Positions 34,901 through 47,596 are shown, counted from the stretch's first letter. The stretch: 64,000 nt of DNA from Macrostomum hystrix (GCA_950097015.1 CATNEN010000024.1:930001-994000); one strand, 5' to 3'. Program-made: numbers and translations. The notes: generated by a model from the sequence alone, not told the origin.

Positions 34901-37900
34901 GGTGTTGTGATGTTTGGGATATTAAAGTGGTGTTGTGATGTTTGGGATATTAAAGTGGTGTTGTGATGTTTGGGATATTAAAGTGGTGTTGTGATGTTTG
35001 GGATATAAAAGTGGTGTTGTGATGTTTGGGATATGAAAGTGGTGTTGTGATGTTTGGGATATTAAAGTGGTGTTGTGATGTTTGGGATATTAAAGTGGTG
35101 TTGTGATGTTTGGGATATTAAAGTGGTGTTGTGATGTTTGGGATATTAAAGTGGTGTTGTGATGTTTGGGATATTAAAGTGGTGTTGTGATGTTTGGGAT
35201 ATTAAAGTGGGGTTGTGATGTTTGGGATATTAAACTGGGATTGTGATGTTTGGGATATTAAACTGGGATTGTGATGTTTGGGATATTAAACTGGGATTGT
35301 GATGTTTGGGATATTAAACTGGCATTGTGATGTTTGGGATATTAAAGTGGCATTGTGATGTTTGGGATATTAAAGTGGCATTGTGATGTTTAGGATATTA
35401 AAGTGGTATTGGGTATAAGTGGGGTACTACCGCAAGTTGCACAGTCGCAGCTATTTCTTGGCGCATCCAAAGGCTGTGTACTGTGTACTGAGTTCAGTCC
35501 ATAGACTGGGGGACGGGCGCCACATCTACCCGAATATCTATCCCATCTTATGTTGGTACCCAATTTACAGCTTGGTTAGATAAAGCAACGTGAGAAATTG
35601 TGTCTTGCTCAAGGGCACAGAATGTTTCCCTTCGGCTGGGATTCGAACTACCGACCTCTTAGTCAGAAGTGGGAAAGTTTTAAACAGGAATTCACTGAAA
35701 CTAAAACCGCATTTTAGTGATTGCTAATGTGTCAATCGAAACCGTCACCCTTCACCCTCTCTCTCCCCAGGTGCTAAACGAGAGCGAGCTGGCTCTGGCG
35801 GGCCTGAACATCCTCATCCGCATGTGCGAATTCTTCCCCAGCACGGATCAGTTCGGCGCTGTGATTCGGCCGCTGCCGCGAGTCAAGACGGCACTCAGCA
35901 GCGGCGCCTGCCTGCCACACCTGGTGCAGCTGTTGCTCACCTTTGACTCTGTGCTAGTTGAAAAGGTTGCCACCCTGCTGAACCACATGATGGTTGAGAA
36001 TCCGTACATCTCGCGTCTGTACTTATCTGGCGTATTCTTCTTCATCCTAATGTACTCCGGCTCCAATCTGATCCCGATTGCGCAATTCCTCAAGTACACG
36101 CACTTGCTGCAGGCATTCCGCAATGAAGAGGTGAGAAACTGGGTTGCGAATCGCATCGTTCAGTTTAATTTTGACACTTTAATAACTCTGTTACATTTGC
36201 TTGACAAATTTAGAATTAGGGTCAAGAGACTGCAAGGAATACTGGGGGTGAGTAGCAGAGCGGTTAACGTGACGTAACGTTAATGCCTCCTGCACCAAGG
36301 TCCCTGAGCTCGATTCCGTAGCGAGGCCACATTCATTTGGGGCGCAGCCGCGGAGAGAATGCATGGAGGCTTGTCGTGCAATTTACGGCCTTGACGGGCC
36401 AACCTCCAAGTCACAGTGGGAAACTGTACACTGCCTGACGACGAAAAAGCCAGGGAAGATGTACACACCCGTGTGAGCCGTGTGAGCGTACGGCTTTTCA
36501 GTCCATGGACTCGGGGGGTCGCCATACACACCCTCAATGATTACTTGGATGAATACTCAATGATAGAATGGATGAATTTTGTATAAAAACTGACACTAGC
36601 TGCCTCCTCCTCCTTACATTATTCAATAAAAAGGGCCTTGAAATTTATTTTCTTAGAAAGAGTCTTGTGTCCTACTTTAGTAGTCCTTGGCCTTGTACAG
36701 ATTGTAACAGCTTAAAAATGAAAGTTTATATGCTTTTCTAATGCTAAAGCAGCTCTGCGCAGTGCCAGCGCTTCGCTTTACCCTCAAAGCAAACCTGCAG
36801 CAATTTACAGACATAGTAACTGGACTGAAAGCAGGAGATAAGCATTCTGTGCCACTGCGTACACACCCTCCACCAGCCTGATATTCTAGCCAGTCCCCTG
36901 CACTGCCCCGGCCGTGCGGCTCGGAAACTGAACGAAAATCATGCAAAGCTTTACTGCTAGCTGAGACATGGAGAGAGATCTAAAATTACTTATATCTTTT
37001 ATTGCTTCGCTGTGTTTTGGCCTATTTATAATTTACCTAAGAATTTACACTTTTAATTTACTTAATAGCAAAAGATGGCTTGACCCCGTGCTTGTAGCGC
37101 AGTGGTAAGAGCTTTGGACTTAGAACGAGGGGTCAGGAGTTCGAATCTCAGTCCAAATAACAAGATCGTCTGTAAATTTCACATTGCTGAATTCAACTCA
37201 CCTAGCTGTAAATTGGATGCATCAGCTGCATGGCGTAGAAATCCGGGTGGGGTGGCGCCTGCCCTCCCAGTCTACGGACAGAACAGCTGTACACATACTT
37301 TGGATGCTCCACGCAATTGCTGGGACTATGCCACTAGCTGTACACCCGACTAAGTTCCAGTTATGTTTTGCTCTGTTTTAAAAGCTACTCTTGTAGCAAA
37401 GCTACATAGAAAAGATAGAATATAGAAAAGAAAAAACGCATCAAAAGGTCTAGACAATAGCAAAGAAAAGTACTGTAAGAAATTTATAAGGCAAAAGTGT
37501 GCGCCACTGATAAGTCGCAATGATTCAAGCGTATGTATATTACTTTTTGCAATTAAAAATTCGAGAAATCGTCGCACACTCTTGTATTTCTACTGAACTG
37601 AGTAGCTTAATTAGAGTTTTTTGCCCATTTTAATTTTCCACACAGACCGGCCACAGCCTGATGCAACAGTCGGTGCTGGGCCACCTGCTGCCGGAGGCAA
37701 TGGTCTGCTATCTGGAGAACTACACGGCCGAGAAGTTCGCCGAGATATTCCTCGGCGAGTTCGATACCCCGGAGGCCATCTGGAACTCGGAGATGCGTCG
37801 CATGATGATTGGAAAAATCGCCGCCCACCTGGCCGACTTTTCTCCGCGCCTCCAGTCGAACACTCGGGCTCTGTACCAGTACTGCGCCATACCGAGGGTG

Positions 37901-40900
37901 CAGTACCCGCAATTGGAGAACGAACTGTTCTGCAACATCTATTACCTCCGACACCTGTGCGACACTGCAAGGTTTCCCGACTGGCCAATTAAAGATCCTA
38001 TTGCTCTGCTAAAGGACATTCTAGAGGCCTGGAAGCGGGAGGTTGAGAAACGGCCGCCAACAATGAGCTTGGAGGAGGCCTATAGCGAGCTGGGCCTGAC
38101 CGGCAAGGATGGAGCGTGAGTTTTCTCGTGTTCTATTACTAATCAGTAGAAATGCGAACAAATTACAGTTTCAACCGTGAAATTTCCGTCTTTGCCTACT
38201 ATAAGTAACAATATAAGCATTTTCTTATCTCTCTGTTTAGACCGGACGAAGCGCAGATTCGGAAGAGCTATTTCCGCCTAGCCCAGAAGTACCACCCGGA
38301 TAAGAATCCGGATGGGCGAGAGAAATTCGAGTCAGTTAACAAGGCCTACGAATTCTTGTGCAGCAAAGCCAACTTGGTCCAGGGCCCGGATCCCAAGAAT
38401 ATTGTCCTCATCTTGCGCTCACAGAGCATTCTGTTTAGCCGCTACAAAGACTGTGAGTATTGTTATTTCATTGTCATTTGTTTATTGCTTTGTGAATATA
38501 GTTTCGAGAAACTAAGCTAAAGCTACAGGAAATTCTTAAGAGGTTGCAGCCTAATGATTAGGGCGTCGGACTCACTACTTAAAGGTCGGGGGTTCGATTC
38601 CCGACTCCACTGGAACAATTTGTGTCCTTTAGCAAGACACTTAACTCTGCATTGCTTCAGTTCAGCCAGCTGTTAAATGGGTACCAGCATTAGCTGGGAT
38701 AATTGAAGGTGGGTGTGGCGTCCCCCCAGTCCATGGACTGAACAGCCGTACGCAGCCTTCAGATGCGCCGCGCAATAGCTGCGTCTGTGCTGTCGGCTGT
38801 CCATCTGGCCCAATTGGGGCAGGTGTAATTAATTATTATTTTTTTATTCAGGAAAGATAAAGATAAAGCATGTTTAGAATGCAATTTATCACCATTGTGC
38901 AATTATGGACAAGCAAATCTTAGAGATTTTGTATAGTTGGATTAATTTTTCTTAGAAACAAAGCTTTTTATGAGGATTTAATGTTTGATTTGTTCAATGT
39001 ACTAAATATTTGAGTAGGAATTTAGAGTTTCTTAGAAACGCTACCTCAGTGGCGATTTAAAAATGTCTGCGGAACGCAGCTCTTAAGATGTATTTAAAAA
39101 ACATTCAACTGACATAAAACTCCTCCTGCCCGCAGTGCTTCAGCCCTACAAATACGCTGGCTATCCTGCCCTAATCAAGACAGTCCGCATGGAGACCTCG
39201 GAAGATCAGCTGTTCTCCAAGGAGGTGCCCCTGCTTGAGTCTTCCGCGGAGCTGTGCTATCACACCGTCAACTGCTCCAACCTCAACGCCGAGGAGCTTC
39301 GCCGAGAGAATGGCATCGAGGCCCTGCAGGAGGCCTTCTCCCGCTGCGTGTCCGTGATGACGCCCGGCTCGAAGCCGGACGAGACTCCGGCCCGGGTGTG
39401 CATCAACATCCTGCGCTGCTTCACGGTGGCCGCCAAATTCGAGGCCTGTCGATCCCGCATTCAGGAGCAGCCGCAGATTGTCAAGGACCTGCTGCGGGTG
39501 ATGTACTTCAAGCATCTGCCCAGGCTGGCCACTGTGGCCGTTGAATGTGCCGCTGGTAAGCTTCATATTACCGTCGAAAAGTATGCATTTTCACACTACT
39601 GATACTAGGGTAGTGAGTAGTGATTAATTTATATGAAAAAAATTAAATTTCAATTGTGAACTGTGCTGTTGTTTTTTGAGGTTGGTGGTTAAAACTATCA
39701 TTGTTGCACACTTCAATTATCTATGGGTAAGAGGCGTCCAAAATCATGCAGTGCCAGTAGAGAATGGCTATTGACCAATCAACGACCCCGAGTCGTTTTA
39801 ATGTTCGCTTTTGGTAGACTATTGTCTATCGACAAGTTCTTCTACGAGAGTCGCGAAGGCAGAGTGCTTGAATGGATATGGCCACGAATGCGAAGTCTAG
39901 ACTTCGGAGAGGTCTAAAGTGTGCTAAATTAATTTTTTATGGTGCGGAGAGAACTTAAGTTATCTTAGTATTTTTAGTCTGACTGATAGGCTTCGGGCGA
40001 AAAGAGTTTTATCCCCTCAGTTTCCTCCAGAGGAGGAGTTCCGCTAATTAAGTCCAATTCTATTTTCATGACCATTCTTTATAACGCTAATGAAATGAGT
40101 GACAATTGAAAATATTCATGTAAATAAAGCAGCCCTTTCTACTATATTTTGCGTTTCAGTGAAAATGCTTCGTATCTATGTTTCATATCAAAGCCCAGTA
40201 TCACGTGACTAACCTCGACCAATCAAAATTGAAAAGCACCGAATCACTCCCGCAGCCTTCTGCCTAGACTTCTGGCTGCAGACCAACATGTACCAGTCTG
40301 GCGCTCTCTACCACCTGCTGCCGCTGCTGTTCAGCTACGATTACACCCTGGACGAAGGCGGGGTCGAGCGCAGCCAGGAGAGCAACCAGCAGGAGCAGAG
40401 CAACCGCCTGGCCGAGGCGGCTCTGCGCGCCTGCGCCGCTCTTGCCGGCTATCGAATCCCTGTCGCGGCCTCCGTAACCGTAGCCGCTGACTCGGCCTCA
40501 GAGGATGCCGCTGCCGCTGCTGCTGCTGCTGCTGCTGCTGATGCTGCTGCTGCCGCTGCCGCTGCTGCTGCTGTCGAATATCCGGATAATCCATCTGTTC
40601 AGCTGTCTCTGAAGGCTCTGGTGACGCCGTTTGTCTGCCGGCGCATGCAAGACCAGAGCCCGGCCTGGCTATTGAAGCTGCTGAATTCGAACTGCCAGAC
40701 GCCCTACCTGATTTGGGACAATGCGACGCGAGCCGAACTGCTGGGCTACCTGGAGGATCAGCAGCAGAGTCTCATTCGCACTGTGAGCTTTTTCGATTTT
40801 TGCTAGAAAAAACTATTACATCTTTTCTACTCACCAAGTGTAAGCACTATGTATAGAGTGTCGTTCATCGTTTCAGGGTGAATGCGACCAGTCGTTGGGC

Positions 40901-43900
40901 GCGGAGTTTCAGTACACAATCTTCGGCAAAGAGCTGCTTATTGGCGATGTTTTCATTCGAGTCTACAATGAGCAGCCCACCTATCCGCTTGAGGTGAGCG
41001 AGTCTGAAGAAACTGGTTAGGATTCGGAGATTAGGGATTAGGAGATTAGGATTAAAGATTAGGATAGAATAAAATAAGAGTTAAAAGGAACTGAAGTCTG
41101 GGGAGGAGTGATAATTTTTCGATAGAGTATAGTGAGATGGGATTGAGGTTAGTGAGATCGGATGGGTGAGGTGGGATGGTGGGTAGTGAGATCGGATGGG
41201 TGAGGTGGGATGGTGGGTAGTGAGATCGGATGGGTGAGGTGGGATGGGATTGATGGTGTGGTCCTCATGCTCGGTGACAATGCAGATCAGATTTTTGCCA
41301 TTGCTGAACCCAACAACAGAATCCTAAAGGCCTGACCATAGACATTCTGCACTACCTGAATACAAGTGCCCAGTACCTGCACTCGCTGCTAGCTCTGCAG
41401 CGTGACCAACAGGAGACTTTAATCCTAAATGAGGATCAAAGAAAGAACCTGACTAAAGTGGACTCGGCGCTGGAGGCTCTGCGCAATGTGATCCGCAATC
41501 ATCCTGGCGTTGAGATGCAGTGCATCGGCTACTTCCAGCTGCTGTTCGCTCTGCTAAGGCTGAACGGCTGCCCCACCACCATGCAGAGATCGCTCGAGGT
41601 GAGGCTCGGATCGCTATAAATCATCCATAGATAGGTAGAGAATGAGTTCACAAATGGGTCACTGGAGTGAGTATGTGTTAGGCTTCTAGATAAACCTAAT
41701 AGATCCATAAGATGATCTATGATCTACGGTTGAACCACATTCAGTGAAGGGGCAACATCTTCACTAGAGAGGAAGAAAATAGTAATGATTATTATTGCAG
41801 GGGAGCTGCGGGCAATGCCACATCACTTGATGACACTAGGCCCGCAGCCAACGAGGAGGCAATTCTGCCCATTTCGCTGACTCCTAAGCACACACACACA
41901 CAGGAATGTACATCTGCCCTGACTTTCTCATCGTCAGGCAATGTACTGTGCCTTTGAGGTTGGCTTTTAATGGGCGTAAATTGTACGACAAGCCCTCAAG
42001 CCTTTTCTCCGCGGTTGCGCCCCAAATTAATATGGCCTCGCCGCGGAATCGAGCTCTGCCACTCACCCCCCAGTGAATAAGATACTAGAAATGTAGATTA
42101 AGTCGATAGACCGAAACCAACTCACCAGGTGGTCAATTGCGTCACGGAGAATCACGAATGCGTGAAGGACATCGCCGCAGCCAACGTCCTCTGCTACCTG
42201 GTGATGCTGTTTGAAACTCTACCCCAGTGCCACGGCCTCCTGCTCAGCACCCTCAACCCGCTGATGTCACACACTGACCTCGTGAAGGACTCCGTCTACA
42301 GGGGCGTCATCATTCACCTGCTGGACGTGTTCTGTTCGTCAACGGATCAGGAGCTGCGCCAGCAGGCGGCCCAGCTGCTGGCCAAGCTGACAGCCAACAA
42401 GCTGGTTGGGCCGCGGATCCGGCTAATTCTCAACCGGTTTCTGCCGGCCATCTTTGTTGACGCGATGCGAGACGCGCCCGAGACCGCTGTCAACATGTTT
42501 GAGACCAGCCAGGTTTGTTGCTCAGCTTTCTCTGTTCTTGATTCTGCTCCATCAGCGATCCGCCCTTCAGATCAGATATCCGCCCTTCAGATCAGATATC
42601 CGCCCTTCAAATCAGATATCCGCCCTTCAGATCAGCTATCCGCCCTTCAAATCAGCTATCCGCCCTTCAAATCAGCTATCCGCCCTTCAGATCAGCTATC
42701 CGCCCTTCAAATCAGATATCCGCCCTTCAGATCAGCTATCCGCCCTTCAAATCAGCTATCCGCCCTGCAGATCATACAATCAATAACGATTGAATTGGCC
42801 CATTTCTGTAGCTCTGCCTACTAACAGTAGAGCAATTCGCGCATCTTTTTATTGCCCAATCACGCAGGAGAATCCGGAGCTGCTGTGGAATGATGAGGCC
42901 AGGTCGGAGGTTAGCGGCACTGTGGCCAAGATGCGCAGGGATTTCTATCAGCGCCAGGTCTCGGATCCGACAGTGAAGTGGAACATTCCTGAAGACTTTC
43001 GCATGCCGTTCATCGCCGCCGGCGACTCCAACGACTGCGTCGGCGGTGAACCAGTCGTCGGCGGTGTCTACCTGCGGATATTCGTCCAAAATCCCGGCTG
43101 GGTGTTGCGCAATCCGAAAGAGTTCGCCCGCTGCCTCATGGACAAATGGATCGAGCTGGTGCGGCGTGGCAGCCAGGCCGATGCTCAACTCCTCGAGCTC
43201 GTCACCTCCTCAATGGTTGGCCTGGTGTCTAGCCAGCCTTCCCTTCTAGACTCCCTGCCTCAGCTGGGATATTTTCCCCAGTTATTGGACGCCCTGGCAA
43301 CGTCGGAGGAAGCTGGCGCGCTGCGCTCGAGCCTGCTGATGCTGCATGCGTTCTCGGCTAACAAGGGCTGCGTTCGCTCGCTGGTGTCGGCCGGTCACTG
43401 CCTTCGCTCACTGCGCCGCGGCATGGAGCAGCGCCCGGATCTGCTGGCGTACGCCTGCGAGACTGTGCTACGCCTAGCCGAAGGTCACGACGACCTGGCC
43501 GCCGAGCAGGCCCTGACCTGCGGCCTGGTGCAGCACCTGCTGGGCCTGCTGCAGACCGGACTGGAGCGGGTTGAGAATCCCGGAGCCACCAAAGCCCAGG
43601 TGGTCAACGCGTTGAAGGCGCTGCAGAAGTCGCTGCAGCACGGCGAGCGGGTGAGTTGTTTTTGCTGCTTCAAGACCACCTGCACCCGTGAACCCCGAGT
43701 CATACATACCATCGTCCTAGGGGGGTCTATCTTCCATAATCTCAGATCCTCAAGTAGATTGATCCTCATACTCAGATACTCCAGAGGTTTATCTTCCTAC
43801 TCATCCTCAAGCGAAGGGATTGCGATTTTCCGACCCTTTATCGATCCCGGGAAATCCTGGAGCATTGTAATCCTGAGAAATTATTTTCTCGATTAAGCCC

Positions 43901-44276
43901 AGTAAACAGGCACTTTAAAAATCCCGGGAGTCTGGGATGGCAATTCCTACTCAATGGGTTTATCCTCTTTGATCACTGATCCTCAAACCCCAGATTTGCC
44001 TGCTTATCTAAATCTCAATCAGCCACCAGCTTCCCAACTATACAAACTTCCCACTCTGTTTCTCCCCAGGTGTCGGCCATTCTAGATGCCTCACCTGTCT
44101 GGAAGGACTACAAGGACCAGCTGCACGACCTGTTCATCTCCAATGCGCCGTCCGTGGCTGGCTACCTGACTGCCGGCACGCCCCAGGTGGCTGGCTATCT
44201 GCTCAACTCCGCCAGCGGAGGCGCCGGCGGCCCCAGCTCGAGCAAACTGCCGCCCAAGGACCCATTTCTGAACTGA
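25988..44276 (+). CDS. DNAJC13: DnaJ homolog subfamily C member 13 / RME-8, 23 coding exons, 2289 aa
   Basis: join(25988-26076,26162-26576,27222-27275,27357-27565,28421-28796,28874-29230,29683-30171,30776-31132,31610-31815,32432-32591,32864-32926,33649-33750,34131-34364,35771-36130,37646-38115,38241-38452,39136-39555,40256-40782,40877-40993,41320-41598,42129-42512,42868-43650,44070-44276) = 6870 nt, all GT-AG and in phase. N-terminal [17 protein letters not shown]-type repeats ([43 protein letters not shown]), GYF_2-like EKEWYYG, J-domain HPD ([12 protein letters not shown]). AATAAA at 44299. Confidence 0.95.
26645..27080. repeat. Intronic minisatellite, 32-bp unit (GGAGATGGTTGCCTACTGAAGAATGAGGTGTA), ~13 copies
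   Basis: Period 32; DNAJC13 intron 2. Confidence 0.92.
27625..28378. repeat. Intronic minisatellite, 29-bp unit with two alternating variants (58-bp higher-order unit)
   Basis: GGAGCGGAGGCCATAGAGTGAAGGATGTG alternates with GGAGCGGAGGCCATCGAGTGAAATTTGTG; intron 4. Confidence 0.92.
29255..29585. repeat. Intronic minisatellite, 23-bp unit (GAGATCTAGTCTCTCAGGTCTTT)
   Basis: Tandem copies in intron 6. Confidence 0.88.
30212..30705. repeat. Intronic minisatellite, 43-bp unit (GTCGATACCCTCCGACCCTCTGTCCCGAGAGTGCTTGGTTTGG)
   Basis: Period 43 (30481 vs 30524); intron 7. Confidence 0.92.
31160..31580. repeat. Intronic minisatellite, 21-bp unit (ATGCTTAATCCT...), drifting along the array
   Basis: Tandem copies fill intron 8. 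Confidence 0.88.
31987..32262 (+). mobile_element. SINE family B
   Basis: tRNA-like head GCGCAGTGTGGCAGAGTGGTCTAACGCG...CTCGATTCC; shared body and 3' stem with an internal deletion. Confidence 0.78.
32937..33557. repeat. Intronic minisatellite, 42-bp unit (AAACAGACCTACTCTCCCACCCTCCAGCTCGCTGATATTCTA)
   Basis: Period 42; starts about 10 nt after the exon 11 donor. Confidence 0.92.
33863..34012. repeat. Intronic minisatellite, 41-bp unit, ~3.5 copies
   Basis: ACAATGATCTCACAGGACACTAAACACAATGGCCTTAATTG repeated. Confidence 0.85.
34388..35410. repeat. Intronic minisatellite, 28-bp unit (TGTGATGTTTGGGATATTAAAGTGGTGT), ~36 copies
   Basis: Period 28; intron 13. Confidence 0.93.
35425..35670 (-). 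mobile_element. Diverged SINE family A
   Basis: CAGTCCATAGACTGGGGGACG, GGTACCCAATTTACAGCT, GTGTCTTGCTCAAGGGCACA and B-box complement GGGATTCGAAC. Confidence 0.65.
36244..36540 (+). mobile_element. SINE family B (3'-truncated) joined to an inverted family A fragment
   Basis: Family B head and body 36244-36480; 36486-36540 matches the family A minus strand (CAGTCCATGGACTCGGGGGGTCGCCATAC). Confidence 0.7.
37092..37350 (+). mobile_element. Diverged tRNA-derived SINE (family A-related)
   Basis: TGTAGCGCAGTGGTAAGAGC A-box, GAGTTCGAATCTC B-box, CACCTAGCTGTAAATTGG. Confidence 0.55.
38540..38840 (+). mobile_element. SINE family A, full length
   Basis: Near-identical to 24037-24350. Confidence 0.85.
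41148..41250. repeat. Intronic minisatellite, 34-bp unit, ~3 copies
   Basis: TAGTGAGATCGGATGGGTGAGGTGGGATGGTGGG repeated. Confidence 0.8.
41787..42070 (-). mobile_element. SINE family B
   Basis: Reverse complement of the 450-795 element, including the 3' stem GCTGCGGGC...GCCCGCAGC. Confidence 0.8.
42552..42772. repeat. Intronic minisatellite, 20-bp unit (ATCAGCTATCCGCCCTTCAA)
   Basis: Period 20; intron 21. Confidence 0.9.
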
Positions 44277-45204
44277 CGTGTCCTCAATCATCATTGTTAA
44301 TAAAATAGCCAGTAAAACTATAGATATTCAGAATTCTCTTCGTTTTCTCGTATTTTTATATTGTCGGAAAGTGGAAATTTAAGTTAGTAAAAAATGTTTA
44401 TTTATACATTTTTTAATTTATGCATAATTCTTGTGTGCTAATTTCTTTATAATGTAAATTAGCATGACTGCATTGCGACATACGAGAACATGGAGCGATA
44501 AAGATAATCTAATCATTGATTGTTGATTTTTTTGTTAAGAGGTTGGCTATCTCTGATTCCTAGATTTCATTGTATATCCTATTTATGTTTTTTCTACATT
44601 AGTTTAGTTTTTTGTCATTTTGGCCAGCTAATTAAGGCGGCTTTCTTTGTGAGGCCTAGCTGGGGCAATTATCTTTATTGTCTCGATTTTATGATAATTG
44701 ATTGTTGGATAATTGGATAATTTGTTTGTTATCTCGTTTGTATAAAAAAACAAAAAGTTTCAAACCCTGACAAAACTAAAAATCAATTATAGAAAGTTTA
44801 CTCAACTAATTATTAGCCCAAACCAATTAATTGAACTGAACAACTTAGAAATTGTTTTATATTATTTACAGGGAGCTATAAAGTGTCTCATTGTTTCTAG
44901 CTGGATGCGAGAATTCAGCCGGCCAGGAATTATCGATCGTCTTTTTTCGCCGAATCGGGAGAAAAATATTTTTGTTACGGCATGTCTTTCTGTACGGTTT
45001 TTACTTGGTGAATCATATAATTTGTTAGTTTTTTGCTGGTCTGCACGCTTCCGTCTCATCAATTGGAAACAATCTGTCCAGTTATCCAATAAGGCCCCTG
45101 TAATTCTTAATCTGTATCGTTCTTTTACTTGCTAACTTAGCATTGAGACTGAGGTGGTTGTAGCTCAATGTACAGTCTTGGACTCAGATGGCTTTCTATC
45201 TCTT

Positions 45205-45720
45205 CCCTCTCCCATTTGTCGTCTCTTCCATCTTCCCTCCTTCCTTTGTCGTCTCTTCCCTCCTCTCTCCCCTTTGTAGTCGTCTCTTCTATCTTCCCTC
45301 TTTCCTTTGTCGTCTCTTCTATCTTCTCTCTTTCCTTTGTCGCCTCTTCTATCTTCTCTCTTTCCTTTGTCGTCTCTTCTATTTTCTCTCTTCCCTTTGT
45401 CGTCTCTTCTATCTTCCGTCTTTCCTTTGTCGTCTCTTCTATCTTCCCTCTTTCCTTTGTCGTCTCTTCCATCTTCCCTCTTTCCTTTGTCGTCTCTTCC
45501 ATCTTCTCTCTTCCCTTTGTCGTCTCTTCCATCTTCCCTCTTCCCTTTGTCGTCTCTTCCTCTTCCCTTTGTCGTCTCTTCCATCTTCCCTCTTCCCTTT
45601 GTCGTCTCTTCCTCTTCCCTTTGTCGTCTCTTCCATCTTCCCTCTTCCCTTTGTCGTCTCTTCCATCTTCCCTCTTCCCTTTGTCGTCTCTTCCTCTTCC
45701 CTTTGTCGTCTCTTCCCTCT
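45205..45720. repeat. Pyrimidine-rich minisatellite, 30-bp unit with 21-bp variants (TTTGTCGTCTCTTCCATCTTCCCTCTTCCC)
   Basis: Period 30 at 45421; source of several spurious ORFs. Confidence 0.9.
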
Positions 45721-45759
45721 ACATCTGTACTCCGCACGTTATACTAACTATATGAGCTG

Positions 45760-47596
45760 TTCAGTCTGCTAGTTGAGCTTGTTCTGTTCCGTGCTTCGTC
45801 CGCACTTTATAAGTATTCAGCAGTTGATTATTTTTGTTTATTTTTTACTGCCTATTCTTGTTAATGATAATTTTCTTATGATATATAACTAATTGCTAGC
45901 TACAATTAATGTCGCATTGATTGTAAAAATCAACCCGATGATCAAATAAATAATCGAACCCACTTCACATCCGCTGTCACACTATATTGGTCCCGATCGT
46001 GTATCGTATAACCGAGACTGACTTAGAGATTTGCGGCAAATGGGGCATATTTCTGGCATGATTTCAGTTGATCTACTGCTCACCTGCTTTGGTAATTTTT
46101 GTCACTGCCCGACTAAATAAACTAACATATAAATATCTTTATTATTTTAACATGCGATCCTTCTACTATTTAAAAAATTGATTTTCATTTTTACTCGTAC
46201 TCTCCTCTTTTGGCAACCTCGGATTCTTTGCGATCCATTTGTCATGGTGCTTCAGGACTAATAGCTTGGTGCTTCAGGTCTAATAGCTTGGTGCTTCAGG
46301 ACTAATAGCTTGGTGCTTCAGGACGAATAGCTTGGTGCTTCAGGACTAATAGCTTGGTGCTTCAGGACTAATAGCTTGGTGCTTCAGGACTAATAGCTTG
46401 GTGCTTCAGGACGAATAGCTTGGTGCTTCAGGACGAATAGCTTGGTGCTTCAGGACGAATAGCTTGGTGCTTCAGGACTAATAGCTTGGTGCTTCAGGAC
46501 TAATAGCTTGGTGCTTCAGGACGAATAGCTTGGTGCTTCAGGACGAATAGCTTGGTGCTTCAGGACGAATAGCTTGGTGCTTCAGGACTAATAGCTTGGT
46601 GCTTCAGGACTAATAGCTTGGTGCTTCAGGACGAATAGCTTGGTGCTTCAGGACTAATAGCTTGGTGCTTCAGGACTAATAGCTTGGTGCTTCAGGACTA
46701 ATAGCTTGGTGCTTCAGGACTAATAGCTTGGTGCTTCAGGACTAATAGCTTGGTGCTTCAGGTCTAATAGCTTGGTGCTTCAGGACTAATAGCTTGGTGC
46801 CTCAGGACTAATAGCTTGGTGCTTCAGGACTAATAGCTTGGTGCTTCAGGACTAATAGCTTGGTGCTTCAGGACTAATAGCTTGGTGCTTCAGGGCCTCC
46901 AGCTTTGGTGTTTCAGGATCAGTAGCCCTTTTGCTTCAATTGCTACTTCAGGGCTAACCACATTCCTTCAGATTCATTCACAACCTCACAGTTGAATAAA
47001 TAAACAATTCCGAAAATGCATCGGCCATGCACGAACACTTTTTGTGTTCCGAAAGCGTAGTTTGCACAGCAACACAAGAATTGAATGCCAGGACAGTCCT
47101 CTTTTATTGAAAATATGCATCGCATCTTGTAATTAGAAAAATAAATTTATACTTTTTTAAAACAATGAGTCATCTGATTATAGTTTCGAAATTGTCTCAG
47201 ACAACGAAACAAACAAATAAGACAAAAAGGAGCAAGTAGCCGGTTGGAGCACTTGTCCTGTACATGGATAAATGTGGTATGATGTAGCGAGAGGATAACT
47301 CTGAGTTTACGAGATAATCGATAGATTTCATTCGGAGTTTAAAAATGTCAAAGAACTGATCTGCCGCTGCAGATAATTGCACAAGGTGCGGCCAGTACTT
47401 TATTAATCGAAGCAGGTTAACAAAAAGCGCGCACAAAACGCTGGAATTTGTGAAAGGAAATAAAAAAAACTAAGAGAAAACACGAAAAACTTGGAGAGAT
47501 TCGCCTCTCCACAATTGCCACCGCATCCTTAGTCGAAAACAGCTTCAACACTCTGCAAATCCAAGTAAGACATTACCCGAACTGCGTACTACTCAT
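45760..47596 (-). CDS. Weak candidate multi-exon gene with Cys/His motifs (CCC...VHGRC and CPICRKSL), RING-like
   Basis: Candidate exons: 47596-47577 (MSSTQFG|GTAATG), from 47440 (acceptor TTTCCTTTCACAAATTCCAG), ~47100-46990, ~46255-46200, ~46075-46017, ~45800-45760. Most junctions are phase-compatible; one is not. Confidence 0.3.
46245..46895. repeat. Minisatellite, 22-bp unit (GGACTAATAGCTTGGTGCTTCA), ~29 copies
   Basis: Period 22 (46381 vs 46403). Confidence 0.93.

Noticed and set aside
44869-45100. TA-CAGGG...CCCTG-TA as a possible Tc1/mariner MITE
   Set aside because: Only 5 bp of terminal match, within chance expectation.
45137-45772. EETTKERGK / RDDKGK repeat ORFs and their hydrophobic antisense ORFs
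   Set aside because: Products of the 30/21-bp pyrimidine-rich array, which is open in several frames and has no unique coding flanks.
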